From Tricharina praecox (lineage: Eukaryota), in assembly GCF_024521635.1 (NCBI RefSeq), contig NW_026250417.1, forward strand, positions 806,001-870,000: a stretch of DNA of 64,000 bases. Direction: 5' to 3'. Shown piece by piece: positions 24,834-37,599 of the stretch. Positions within the stretch are counted from its first letter, which is position 1. Every line of letters begins with the position of its first letter. The notes under the pieces are model-generated. The model ran no database searches. It was not told the origin of the DNA and saw nothing but the letters and a program-made list of their open reading frames with translations. The translations under genes and the position numbers were made by a program.

Positions 24834-27800
24834 TTAGAAATCCCCATAACACCTTACAATCGCATTCCGAGTCTTCCTCACGTTATCCGCCACCTGCTCC
24901 ACGCCTCCAAACACCGCCTCCTGCCGCCTGAGGACACCGCCGACACCATCCTCCTTGAGCACATCATCGACGAGCGTCTGAATCGCGTCTTCGTCTTCTA
25001 AAGTCTTCAGCGCGCTCTTTGCCCGCTTCAAAACCTCTGCCTTCCGCTTCTTGGCAGCCTCTGCCAGCGCAGTGATGGAAGGCTTGGGAACAGCCGGCTT
25101 GAGGCTCTTGGTTGCGTTCAAAAACTTAACCAAGCTCTCAGCCACGGCAGCCGAATCACGACCCATCCATAGCGCGTGCAATTGCCTCCAGTCTGGGATC
25201 TCATCGTCCGTGAGGCTGACGAAGGTCTTGGGAAACAACTCTGCGGTGATGCCCTCGAGCGCTTTCGATACTGTCTCTCCGTCCTTCTTGACAGCGGCTC
25301 CAGCTAGTTCGGCAATGGCACCGGCAAAGAGAAGTTGTGACTTCTCCGCGTCCGTGAACTCGTCATCTCGTTCACCGGCTTTTAGTGCAGCGGCAATGCG
25401 GCCAGCCACATCGGTGGCAAGCGTCGGCTTCTCGCTGGCCGTAGCAGCACCATTCGAATCCTTCCCAGCAGCCGCAACCGTCTCAAGGAACTGCGAGACC
25501 TCCGAAGCGGCCGCGAAGCCACGGGCCCAGTTCTCCGCCGGCGTGGGGCCGATTCGGAAAGCGCGCTCATACGGACCAACGGAGGCGAGTTCGCAGTCGA
25601 TTATGACGGCAAAGTCGCGGTTGTCCCAGACTGCACCCTTGTAGCCCACTTCAGCGGACATATCTTGATTCGGCAATCCCGGGATAATCCGGGCGAGTCG
25701 TCGGAGTTCAACCTCCCACATGGTCCGGCACACACTGCCTTCAACACGCTCTGAGAACTCGAGGAATCCCATCATCTGTGCGTAGCCTCCGCGTTCGAAG
25801 GCGAGCTGTAGCATGTTGGGAGTTTGGGTTCGTGAGGACTCGTAGATACCGAGGGCATGGTGTAGGTATGAGGGGGTCCGGGCATCGTTAGGAAGGAGGG
25901 TGGAGATTCGCGTTAGCAGGAAATGTGAGAGTGTGTCATGCTGGATTTGTTTGATGTTGAGCCGAGGGTAGACGTCAATCGCAGAACCAATGGCCCCGAG
26001 CAGGAGGTAAATCCGTACTAAGAGGAGGAGAGCTTGATAGTTGTGTTTTGACTTTTGAAGCAGAGTCTCCAGAATTTGAACTGACTGATAGAGGGGCGAT
26101 TGATCCTTGGGAGAGAGGGTGTAAAGGCGGATCAGTCCCATGATGGCCAGTAGCGCCGCATCGTCACCATACTGATTGTCAGTAACCAGTAGGGAGCTTC
26201 CGAGAGAAAGCGCAGACGCATAGAGCTTTAGGGTCCCGGTAATGAAGGTTGTGATGGTTTTTGTAGTTGTTGGCGAAGCAGTGTTGAGGGATGAAATGGT
26301 GAGAAGATACACGAACTTCTGGAAGTTGATGGCAGAAGCTACTCTGTCAATTCGCTGTTTCTGTTGCGGAGGTCAGCACACGCTTGATGTAAAGATTCGT
26401 TGGTAGCATACTTCACTTTCCTCCGGGAGTTTTTCTACTGCTCCCTCGACATATTTCAGGAAATCTTTCTTCTCCGAGTCCTCGAGCATCTCGAGGTACT
26501 TCTGGATATCCTCAAAGCAGCAGCTCTTGCTACAGGTGTTGACAAAATACTCCTCGACGGCCTCCAACAGAGTAGGTGTGCCTTCCGGCCCGTCATTCTT
26601 GTCGTGGAAGAGACTAGAGAACTTCACCAGCGCCAGATCACCGTGCCGCGGCGAACCGGTGGGGAGAGCTTTGCGGTGTTCCAGGATCTTTTCCAACGAC
26701 TCCTTGGCAACGGTCTTGTCACCGTCGTCGTAAAGCTTTCCGGCAGCCATCACAAATCCGTCCCAAACCCGCCAATCATCACCTCGTCCCTGCTGGACAG
26801 CATCCGGCTTCGCATCCTTCGTCTCATCCTTCTTCTCATCGTCGGGGTTTGCCTCTTCCCCGTTCCCATTGGCTTCAGCCACGGCATTCGCTTTCGGCAG
26901 CAGCGAAATGCAAGTCTCAAACAACGTCCTCCAATCCTTGGTATTCTCGAGAAGATCCAGCCTTTTCCTTGCCAAACCCCACCAATCACCACTCCCTACT
27001 GTCGAATCGACACCAAGATTGGCGGAATTGAGCACCTCCAGAGCTTCCTTGGCCGCATCACCGGGAGCAACATACGGCAGAAGCTCAAGTAGCAGATTGA
27101 CCTCCTGGCTGGTCTGTATCGCGCGCGGAGGTATGATTGCGGTGTTGGCCGGAGTGTCGGTGCGCGCTTTGGCGATCATGCGGTAGGCGAGTGTGCCGAA
27201 GAGCTTGCGTTCCGAGGAATCGGCTGGGAGTGAGTTCTATGGAGATCAACGTTAGCACTACCGAGAAACGGCAGATCATAGGATGAGCATACATGCAACA
27301 TCAGACTGGAGATCACAGCCCAGAACCAGTATTCCCTGCGCTTGGTGTAGGTCTTCTGGAGGTTCATGGCCGCCTTTTGAGCTCCGCGCCAATCCAGCGT
27401 CTTCACGGTACCCCAGAACCACTCTCGTGCCAGCTCCTCGTTGTGGGGTTGCGCCTTGACGGCCTTCTCCCAGAGCTTTGTGACCTCGTCGGCATACTTC
27501 GGACCAAGGTTCGACCACACACGACCTAGCAGACGTAGCACCTCAACGGACTGTGTTGGAGGGGTTTTATCGGCGAGGGTCTGCGCAATCTGTATAGCTT
27601 CTTCGGTAGTCGCAGGACTGTGGATATGCGTGAGAACAAATGCTTTCAAAGCCTAACACCACCACCCCCGGAGATGTCAATTTACGCTGGCTTCGGGGTG
27701 AAGAGGTGCGAGTTGATTTACAAGGAGGTTCTCATTCTTTTCGCCTTTCTTAATGCGCCGGTTGCATAGCTGGAGCGCCTGCTTGTATGCACCCAACTCG

Positions 27801-27856
27801 AGTTGGTCCCAGACAAGATGGTTCTTGCGATCGGCGGAAGAGCTTGCGACGGACAT
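24834..27856 (-). CDS. MDM20: NatB N-terminal acetyltransferase auxiliary subunit (TPR-like), multi-exon
   Basis: VWDQLELGAYKQALQLCNRRIKK, QKAAMNLQKTY..REYWFWAV, SKSCCFEDIQKYL, SKHNYQALLLLVRIYLLLG and LNIKQIQHDTLSH fit the Naa25/Mdm20 family. Three long ORF segments are joined by GT-AG introns. Confidence 0.9.
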
Positions 27857-28183
27857 TGGTGGTGGTAATTGGCGGTGGGAGATGCTATGTGGTGAAAATA
27901 GTCTGAAGAGAAAACAACATGCACAGCCGAGCGCTGGGAGAATATAGAGAATGAAAGGGTTGTGCACAAATGCCAGAAGAAGAAGATGAAGAAGGGACCG
28001 TCCGAGTGAGAGGCCGGAAGTGGGGGTGAGGATCGAAAGTGGAAACGTAACGTTCTTCGGAACTGCCGGGTAAAAGAAGGCTTATGTCGGGACCGGATTT
28101 ATGTAGAAAACAGCCCGCCCCTTGTGTTGAGCTCCACCCGTGTTCATCTCCTCAACCTTTGACCGGATCTGAACGACACAATC

Positions 28184-28882
28184 ATGCCTTTGATCAAAGC
28201 ATACTACATCATCAGCGCCGTGGCCGTGGTCCACCTGGCCATGGGATATTACCTGATCGCAGCTCCCGAGAAGATTGCAACACAGTCGACAATATTCATC
28301 CTCGGGGAAGCACTTGGCCTGGTAAGCGTTCTCCGACGCGGTATGGCGGGAGCTTATTTGCTGACTTCATTGTTCCACAGCAACAACCAAGGTCATCACT
28401 CTACGAAAATCCACTCGCATGTGCCTTCGCCGGTCTCGTTCTGATCCTCTCCGCCATCTCCGATCTTACCACTGTTTCCGGAGCCGAGGATGTCGCTAGG
28501 GATTACTGGGGAGCTCAAGGTATGGCCAGATTTCTCTCCCGAATGCAAGAGCGCAGCTCACAATTTGGATTATAGCTCCGGTTCGCACACTATTCTTCGT
28601 CATCGTTACCGGATACGCGTATGTTTTGAAGCCTGGACGCGGCAATGTCAGTGCTACCTCCGACCACCCATTGATCAACAGCGCTATATTCTCATGGGCA
28701 TTCATGGAGGCGATTTGGTGGTTCTGGGTATGTTATTTCGATACAGTCAATTGTAAGGATGAAGCTGACCATGTATTCGTGTGCAGATCCACACTAACCT
28801 GCGCGAGGAGCGCGGTGAGGCAATGGCGAGGATCCACGCGAGGAAGAAGGCGAAGTTGGAGATGGAGATGAGGGAGGACTAG
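28184..28882 (+). CDS. ILM1: ILM1-like small membrane protein (increased loss of mitochondrial DNA); 4 exons
   Basis: MPLIKAYYII...QSTIFILGEALGL|...AFAGLVLILSAISDL...YWGAQ|APVRTLFF...INSAIFSWAFMEAIWWFW|IHTNLREER...* matches the Ilm1 family pattern. Confidence 0.8.
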
Positions 28883-29197
28883 ATGCGATAATGCTGTGAA
28901 GACGAGATGCCCATAGTTGGATAAAGCTTATAGAATTGCTGCTGCGGATGTACCTGTAGATTTATTATACCCTCATAACAACCGACCTTGCTGTGGACTC
29001 TCCCGGCTGGGAACACAAAATGTGTTGAGTGAAGACCCAAGAACTAATTATCAGCCGCGCTAGCGAAACCCTTACCCATCCCGCCCTTGCTGAAATCTTC
29101 GCCCTCTGCCAACTCGAGCAAACGTTTGTCACCAATTCACGTCGTGCTGCTTCAACCTCCAAGCGAACTTTCCTCTCACCCCCACCTCACCGCCGCC

Positions 29198-30343
29198 ATG
29201 GGTCTCGCGGGCCCCAAAGCGTAGTTCCCTTCTCTACTCTCCTCATAATTGCCACATCTGACACACACCGCAGTAGCACAAAAATCAGCAAAGACCCCCG
29301 CAACACCTTCTGGTCCAAGGACACCTCACGTTTCGGACACCAGTACCTCGCGAACCTTGGCTGGGTCCCTGGACAGAACCTTGGCGACACCACCTCCTCG
29401 TATCATGCCTCGGGCCACATCACCGACGCGTCTTCAACCGGAATCAAAATCGTGCTGAAGGATGATACCCTGGGTATTGGTGCTAAGAAGGGCGCGCAGC
29501 ATGATGAGTGCACGGGTCTATTGGGACTGCAGGGACTGCTGGGAAGATTGAATGGCGATGATAAGGTGGTCGAGCAGGTTAAGCTCGAGGAGGATAGGAA
29601 GAAGAATGAGTGGATCCAGAGCAAGTGGGGCATGAGGTTCGTGAGAGGGGAAGTCTGGGTGGCTGATGATCTTACGAAATTGAGGGAGAGAATGGTTAAA
29701 GAGAAGGAAGAGAAGGCGGAAGCTTTGAAAGCGAAAGCGGAGAAAAAGGATGGCAAGAACTCGGATGACAAGGACTCTGGTGAGGAGGCTTCGCGCAAAA
29801 AGAGGAAGAGGGATTCGGATGATGTGGAGAAGGATAAGAAACAATCGAAGAAGTCGAAGTCAAAGGACGGGAAGAAGAAGAGCAAGCGACGTGGCTTGGA
29901 GGAGGACGGAACGGAGACACCAGCGACGACGGACCGGGAATCGAAATCCAGGTCCGTGTCCGGTGACGAGACAGAATCTAAAGAAGAGCGAAAGAGCAGA
30001 CGGAAAGAGGAGAAGCGGCTAAAGAAGGAGAGGAAGGAGAAGAGGGATGCTCGGAGGAAGGAAAAGAAGGACAGGGAAGAGAAGAAGAAGAAGAAGAAGA
30101 AGGCTTCCTCTGATGGTGATAGCTCTTCAGAGAGTGAAACAGAGGCTGCATCTGGATCTGTGACTCCGGCGAGTGCGATGAACGGTAGGCATGCTCTGCG
30201 CCACAGGTTTATTGCCGCAAAGAGGAGTGCTATGATGGATGCCACATCGTTGAACGAGGTTGGTCTCCGCTTCCTCCAAAGTATAGCTCTCAAAATGGTG
30301 GTATCTAACCATAGTTCTCCAGATTCTCATGATCAAGGCATAA
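29198..30343 (+). CDS. PXR1: G-patch protein Pxr1/Gno1 (PinX1 homologue); exons 29198-29220, 29274-30258, 30323-30343
   Basis: MGLAGPK|ASTKISKDPRNTFWSKDTSRFGHQYLANLGWVPGQNLG...IKIVLKDDTLGIGA (G-patch), a KKE/D-rich C-terminal half, and the ending RHRFIAAKRSAMMDATSLNE|ILMIKA*. Confidence 0.92.
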
Positions 30344-31132
30344 TAGACGGTACTTTGTGTACTTCGCCATGGCTAGAGTCTTTCTCAGGTTATAAAAAAG
30401 TTGATGTTCATAGCATTTGTTTGGTAGCGAGTTGGGCTTTTCTGGATTTGCATAATATTGTGCATGTAACTCTGTTGTCTCCTCCGGAATACTGTATTCT
30501 TCAAGGGGGATCGCGTGGTAAATTGATGTTCAATCGCGAACTGAAGCTCTCCGTTGCACGTGACAGCTTGACAGCTTGCTAGCTTGGCAACGATATTGCT
30601 CACTCCTCTCTTCCCGCTTCTCTGGCCGCGTCGCGGACCCGCCGCTGGTCTCTTTGTCTTTCTGCCTTTTTTCACCGCATCATCAACGTCGGCATCTCAT
30701 TTGCCAGCCATATAATCCCGTGACATTCCCGTCGGCCTGCTATCAAAGCTTCGACTACCTTCTATGATTCCAAGACAATCGATCAGCTACTCCCATACAA
30801 TTGTTAGTTGGTGGTTTGCCGTATAAGTTGTGGCGACGCACAAACTGAACCAGAAACCACCAATCAACATATCCTTGCTTGTTGCCCCTCATCCCCTCCA
30901 ACACTACCAGATACCAACAGCACAACCACCCTTCGTAAGTAAAAGTTGCTTTCAACCACCCCCTCTCCCCAACGCTCTCACCATTACCTTCATCAAGCCC
31001 CACTCCTCCTGCTATCATTTACCCCCCGTCGCCAGTCCATCCAGCCGTCCATCCATCCATCTATCGCGACGCTCGCTTAAACTTTCTAGGTTCTTTGAAG
31101 CTCGTGGTCGGTTCGACAGCTTCGCACCAACC

Positions 31133-32747
31133 ATGGATGAACTCGTTGCCCAGTTCATCGCAGTGACGGACTCTTCTCCCCAGAAGGCGCAGTCGTACCT
31201 CAAGGTCTCGGATAACGACCTTGGAAATGCCATCGCTCTCTTCTTCGATACCGGCGGTGTAGATATTGAAGACAGCAGCCCGTCGGCCCCGCCTCCGCTC
31301 CCCGCGCGTCCTGCTGGACTCAGCCAACCCGTTCACGACGATGACGATGATGATGATGTTCGGGAAGCCTTGAGGGCCAGTGGTACTCCGGGTTCTGCTG
31401 CTACGCCTCGCGCCTACGAGGACGATGAGGCGATGGCGAGGAGGTTACAGGAGGAGTTTTACGGAGCGAGCAGAGGGCCGGGTGGTGGGGATGAAGTTCG
31501 AGCTCCCATTGCGAGGACTACGGAAACGCTTGTTGGGCCGGACATGGACGATGACGGTTATGGAATTCCGGCGCGACAGCCACGAGGTTTGTGTTCTCCT
31601 GGTAGATGATTTGAGATGGAGAACCAAACTGATGCGCTCGGTAGTTCGAGCTGGGATTTTCAATCAGCAGAGTTCGGTGTGGAACCGAGTACAACCCGAG
31701 GAACTAACCCTCGAGGAGCGACGGCGCCGTATGGCTGCTGCTACGGGAGGCGCTTCGGAGAGAGGGTCACACGCTGGGCGGCTGGCAGAACTGTTTAGAC
31801 CACCTGTCGAGATCATCTCCCATCTGGGTTTTGAGGAGGCGTGTGATGACGGCAAGGAGCAACAAAAGTGGATCCTAGTCAACATCCAGGAGGAAGCGAA
31901 TTTTGGCTCCCAGATCCTCAATCGCGACATTTGGAAAGACAAAGAGGTCCAACAGGCTGTCATGGAGAACTTCATTTTCCTGCAATGGCTCAACAACGGC
32001 AGAGATGGTCGGGATTACGTGAGGTTGTACATGCCCGACGCCTTGTCAGGAATCGACGCCAACGCTTTCCCACACATTGCCATCATCGACCCTCGAACTG
32101 GTGAGCAGGTCAAGGTGTGGAAGGAGATGCCTAAAACACCTATCGAGTTTGTGCACACAGTTTACGAATTTCTGGAACGGTATTCACTTCGTGATGATGA
32201 CAAGAATCCTGTTCAACGTGTGACGAAACCGAAGCCAAAGCCTGTCAATATCGAGGCTATGACAGAAGCAGAACAGCTGGAGCTTGCTCTGCAGAATTCG
32301 ATGGGCGGTGGCGCGACCGGCAACGAGGATCTGGCGGACAACATCGCGGATGACGTCGATTTGATGGATGTGGAGCAGCCCGAGCAGAAGTATCTGGAGC
32401 CTAAAGGCAAGGCAATCGAGCAGACACCTTTTCAGAAGATTTCCGGTACCAATCACCACCAGGAGCCGGCCCAGGGACCTGACTCTACGAGGATACAATT
32501 CAAGCTCCACGACGGAAGCAGAGTTGTTCGCAGGTTCCTCCTCAGGGATACAGTCGAACGGCTGTTCGAGTTTGTCAAGGCGGACCTGTTGCCGGAGAAG
32601 GAGGCACAGAAGGACGGCGGAGGAAACCCTCACAAGGAGTTTGAGCTGGTCAGTATGGGCAAGCGTCTGATTGAAGTGTTGGACAAGACCGTTGAGGAGG
32701 CTGGGCTCAAGATGGGCACCATCATGGTGGAGGCGTTGGAAGAATAA
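31133..32747 (+). CDS. UBX5: UBX-domain Cdc48/p97 adaptor (UBA-like, UAS, UIM, UBX), Ubx5/UBXN7-like; one intron about 31587-31645
   Basis: N-terminal UBA-like MDELVAQFIAVT...AQSYLKVSDNDLGNAIALFF; UAS domain LAELFRPP...KWILVNIQ...LNRDIWK...FPHIAIIDPRTGEQVKVW; UIM TEAEQLELALQNS; UBX TRIQFKLHDGSRVVRRF. Confidence 0.9.
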
Positions 32748-33647
32748 ACTGCGGTGCTTTGTTTTTCCTCCTGTCTGTCTCCTTTGTCTGCTTGGGATAG
32801 TGCAATTGTAAGCTCTGGTATGGGTCAGTTGCTATAGGTGGGGTTGCTGCGAGGCGCTGCAGACATTAATGTGTTTTCTTTCTCATTCTTCATTTCCAGA
32901 TCATCGTGTCTGTGGTCTTTGCGGCGCGTATATGCGGGATCCTCAGTTGTATCTAGCTAGATTTTCTGGTCCTTGTTTTCCCTGGATCATTTGATAAAGA
33001 GTTGATTTGTGTTGGCTGGGAAGTTACCGCGCTTGATCTTGGGGTTCTCCTGATTACCTGTTAAATTACATGGAATGCTATTCGAGGGTTATCAGCGTAT
33101 ACTGGCGGTGGTTACGGGCGTTGTTGTGTTTACATGGCGGGTGAGCGTTTATTTTGTGGTGTAGCAATTAGTCGCCCCCTGACGACAGCGACAGCCCCCA
33201 CGTCCCTCTAAGTGCTCACGGAGTGGGTAGGTTAAACCACCCTCCACACTTCCTCCACCATCCTCATCCGCCACAAGTGCTCAACTCCCCTTCCCTAATA
33301 ACACTGACGACACTCGCTCGGCTTTCACCTATAACTACACATTCTCTCGTCGCTTCTTCTGCTCCGGTAGAAACATCCCGTTCGCATTTTGGGTGCTCTC
33401 GCCTGTGTTTTGGAGGCGTTGAGACGCCTTCCGAACCTCCCGACCTTTACCTATCTAACCCTACCCTCTCCACCGCGATCAGGAACACCTCATTCCACTC
33501 ACCCGTCCCGTCCGGAGTAATCACTCTCTTCCGAGCCGTCGATATAGTTCCGGACGAATCGCTTCTCGGCGACTCGATCGCGACGCACGGATCAACCCTG
33601 CACACCACCGAGCACTCCATACCAGCCTCCTCACGTCTCCTCCAGAT

Positions 33648-36183
33648 ATGAGCATAGCATCTGCTCGCTACGCGAGCTACCACGAGCCACCGGCGGGCGG
33701 CGGAGGTGGCGGACCGACAATCGGCGTGGCGGCGGGCCCCCCGAACGAGCTCGTTGACCCCGAGTCGCTATACACCAAGCAGGGACTCATAGGTGGGTTT
33801 GCGTTCTTACGGGCTGGGGATTTGAAGAGGGAGGAGGAGGGAGTGCTGTTTTCTTGTTGCTGGGTCCGGTGCTGACTACTGTGTCCCTTGCAGGTGGCGG
33901 TAGTTTCGGAAAGGTCTACAAGGGCGTCGATAAGCGGAACGGGCAGGCGGTAGCCATAAAAGTCATCGATGTTGAGAACGCCGAAGATGAGGTCGATGAC
34001 ATCATTCAAGAGATCAATATTCTCTCCGAGCTCCATTCGCCCTATGTCACCAAGTACCACGGTTCGTACCTCAAGGGTTCCGACCTGTGGATCATCATGG
34101 AGTTCTGTTCTGGTGGCAGTTGCGGGGATCTGATGAAGCCTGGCTTGATCCCGGAGGAGTACATCACGATCATTATTCGGGAGCTGTTGATGGGATTAGA
34201 GTACTTGCACAGCGACAACAAGCTGCACCGGGATATTAAAGGTTTGCACCTATCCCCTTTTGTGCAGTTTGGGCGAGGCAGGGGAGCTGATGAGAATCTG
34301 TAGCGGCAAACGTGTTGCTGGCGTCAAATGGCCAAGTTAAGCTTGCGGATTTTGGAGTGTCCGGGCAGTTGACGGCAACGATGACGAAAAAGAATACTTT
34401 CGTCGGAACTCCTTTCTGGATGGCACCGGAGGTCATCAAGCAGTCAGGATACGACCAGAAGGCCGACATTTGGTCGCTTGGGATCACGGCCATTGAGCTT
34501 GCTATGGGAGAGCCGCCGTATTCCGATATCCATCCTATGAAGGTCCTCTTCCTTATTCCCAAGAACCCACCACCGCAATTGGAGGGTAGCTTTTCGGAGC
34601 GCTTCAAGGAGTTTGTTAGCCTATGCTTGCAGCGAGATCCCCGAGATCGGCCATCGGCAAAGGAGTTATTGAAACATCCATTCGTGAAGCGTGCTAAGAG
34701 GACAACTTATCTCACCGAGCTCATCGAGCGACACGAGCGGTGGGTGATGGAGAATGGCAACAAGAAGGGAAGCGATGAGGATTCCGACGAAGGAACTATG
34801 GACAGTAGGGAGAGTAAATCCACTGAAGAGGAGGAGGACGACAATGACTTGTGGGATTTCGGAACGGTACGACCAAGTGGTGGTGGTGCTGGTCGGAACA
34901 CCCCGGGGTTGAAGAGTTTGAGTGCAGCGCAGGCAAATATGAGATATATCGCTCAGACCGTGGAGAGTAATGACTTTGAGAGCCCGGGCACACCGAAGGG
35001 AAGCCGAGACCGTCGGAGTGAAGAAAGGGCTTCGGCCATCCACCCCCAAACGAGAGCCCAGGAAAACAACAAACAGCCACAGTCTCCACCGGTGCCGCCA
35101 CATGGCAAAGACTCGGGATACGGAACGGCCTCGGACACAGTTAGGGGCATGAAACGGCTAGACTCCCATCAGCCTGCGCCGCCGACACCACTACCTGCGC
35201 ATCAACTACCGCCACCCTATCGGGACGATCGGCAGCCGGTGCCCATGCAGCCGCTTCAGCATCACAATCACAGCAGACAAGTCAGTATGTCTGCCGAGAG
35301 CGAGCGGTTACTACAGGCAGAGCTGGCGAAAGATGTTAGCTGGATGAGGATAGCCCAGGGACAGCCAGGCATGGCTGACCACGATCGTACGCCAACGGGA
35401 AGCAGGGGATCCGCAGCTAGTCCAGATGTTCTTCCAGATCACGGGGGACTGACTGCGTTCCCCAACCCGCAGCTCGGAAGGCAAACATCGCACGATCTTG
35501 CCCAGGAGCAGATGCGGCGGCAGATCGAACAACAGAATAAGGTCAGACTCGAGGAGCAACAACGACAGCAATTAAGGTCGATACAGCCGCCTCCCGGGCT
35601 CGGTCATCAGCCACGTCGGGCCCCGAGCGGCGCGCTAGTACCCCCTCAACCGCCATCGCACTCTTCACAGCTCAGAAACACCCCCTCCACGCAGACTTTG
35701 CAGCCCGCCAATGAACGACGGCAGTCGGTGCCTCCACCTCCCCCGGATCATATGCCGGCGAACAATGGCCTACTTCAGGACAACGAAGGGGAAGTCACTG
35801 CGTTGGGCGGTGTTATTCTCCCTGCCCTAGAGGCAGCGTTGACCAGACGCACCTATCATCTCCAGCAGCAGTCCATGCGAAAGGGTCTCAAGAACCAGGA
35901 GAAACATCAACACGCACATGACAAACTCAAGCGATTGGTTTATAAAGCTGCACAGGTTTTCAAGGACATCGAAGAATGGGATAAGGCGGCGCCTGTCGGA
36001 ATGGGCAGTGAGGTTAGCGGATTCCTAGAGGGGTTCTTGGAGGAGGTGCTCGTTAGGGTCGAGGCCGAGGAGGAAGAAGAAGTAGTGCCGGCCAGACACC
36101 ATCCACATCAACAACATCCCCAACAGCAGCAGCACCCTCAGAAACACCAACCTATGCAACCTGGCCAGCAGAGGCGGTGGTAG
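33648..36183 (+). CDS. Ste20-family germinal-centre kinase, GCK-III (STK24/MST-like); 3 exons
   Basis: [23 protein letters not shown]...[22 protein letters not shown]...HRDIK|AANVLL...[30 protein letters not shown], followed by a long low-complexity C-terminus with a conserved-looking helical tail ([17 protein letters not shown]). Confidence 0.93.
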
Positions 36184-36915
36184 TTCTTTGTATATGTACC
36201 TGGGAACCCTTACTAGCCTCTCTTTATAACTGATGCTTAATACCCATTGACTATGCGTTATCCTATGCGCCTTTCTTTTACTTTTTCTTTCCTTTGTTAC
36301 GGTCGGTCTATGGCATAGGGTGGCGGGATAGGGTTGGTTTTTTTTTTCACACGGTTCGGATGCGAGAATGGAACGGAAAGATGGGACTCTGGTGTTTAAT
36401 GTCGGCAACGGGAATACCGCTGGGTTTAGTTACGGTTGCTTGATTGCGGAAGGGCGGAGGTTGTTGCTTGCTAAGATACCCACAACCATGCTTACATTTT
36501 GTTATTCGTTTTTGATGTGATTATGATTCTGCTCCTCTCATGGTCGTGTTTGGGACCGCTTGTCTGTGTGTAGTGTTGTGTATGCAGGAGGTGGTGTATG
36601 GGGGGTGTTACGAATTGTACATATACTGTGGCGATTATGAGATTATGAGGATTTGAGATGTCGAGATGGCCGTCGATCTTCGTTACCACTGCAGTTCCCT
36701 GCGATGGTGCCGATGCCTTTCTCCATCTCTTTGAACTACATACATGCGAGCAGGAACTCTACCGCCGCCTACCCACGGGCCTAAGAATAAGCGATCATTT
36801 ACTAGTGTTAATATCGAACGGTATTCGTTAGAGAATTTGTTTTATATACGCCAGAGACTTGTGGTGGTGAAACCAATGGAGTCCTGTTTTATCACCAAAA
36901 TCAAGATACTTGATA

Positions 36916-37090
36916 CAGTCGCAAAAAGTAGGCTACAATTGATACGGGAAGAATACCGCGGTCATTTTAATACCGAAGAACTACCAGATTTTTGTTCAAT
37001 ACGTATGCCCACTTTTAGAAAAGTCCAAGAACACGTATTTCCATAATGATAGGAGCCGTACCGTCTTCCTCACATCACGTATCGAAAAGT
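36916..37090 (+). mobile_element. Degenerate partial copy (left end) of the MITE at 8442-9226
   Basis: TA|CAGTCGCAAAAAGTAGGCTACAATTGATACGGG...GAACTACCAGATTTTTGTTCAATACGTATGCCCACTTTTAGAA...GCCGTACCGTCTTCCTCACATCACGTATC aligns collinearly with 8442-8625. Confidence 0.85.
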
Positions 37091-37599
37091 AGTACGTCAT
37101 CTACTAGTACATACAAAGAGAGTTCTATGGTGTTGCAATGCACTGCGTAATTACATTGTTACCGTAGTCTTCCCCCTGCCAGCTGTACAGGCCTCAGCAA
37201 CTGAGTAGGTACGTCACAAATTCGCACGTAAACACAAATATCCCCTACAAGACGACTTAAATTTCTCCGCACCGAGGGGAGGCAAAATCAGTTGACCTGG
37301 TACACCGCGCACTCTTGTCTGGTCAGTCCTCAACGCCTCATGTGATATCACTCATTTACCGATATCACTCGACGGTTGAGATTTGATGATTCACGCCAGC
37401 CTGGGAACGGGAAAGGAGACGAGTGGAGGAGAAGGAGGAGGCGCCGAGGCTCCGCTGACGATCGATTGTACGGCGTATACCTAGGTCAACGAGCGCATAA
37501 CACAGTCCACAAGCTCACAATCATTACCGATAAATCACACCGGATTGGACATCATCAATTGATTGTCGCTTGCAGCATTACCACACTATACAACGTAAG

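Noticed and set aside
29403..30293. Long antisense ORFs over PXR1 (also over LEU2, MDM20 and DUF1445)
   Set aside because: These are shadow ORFs caused by codon bias or low complexity of the real gene on the other strand.
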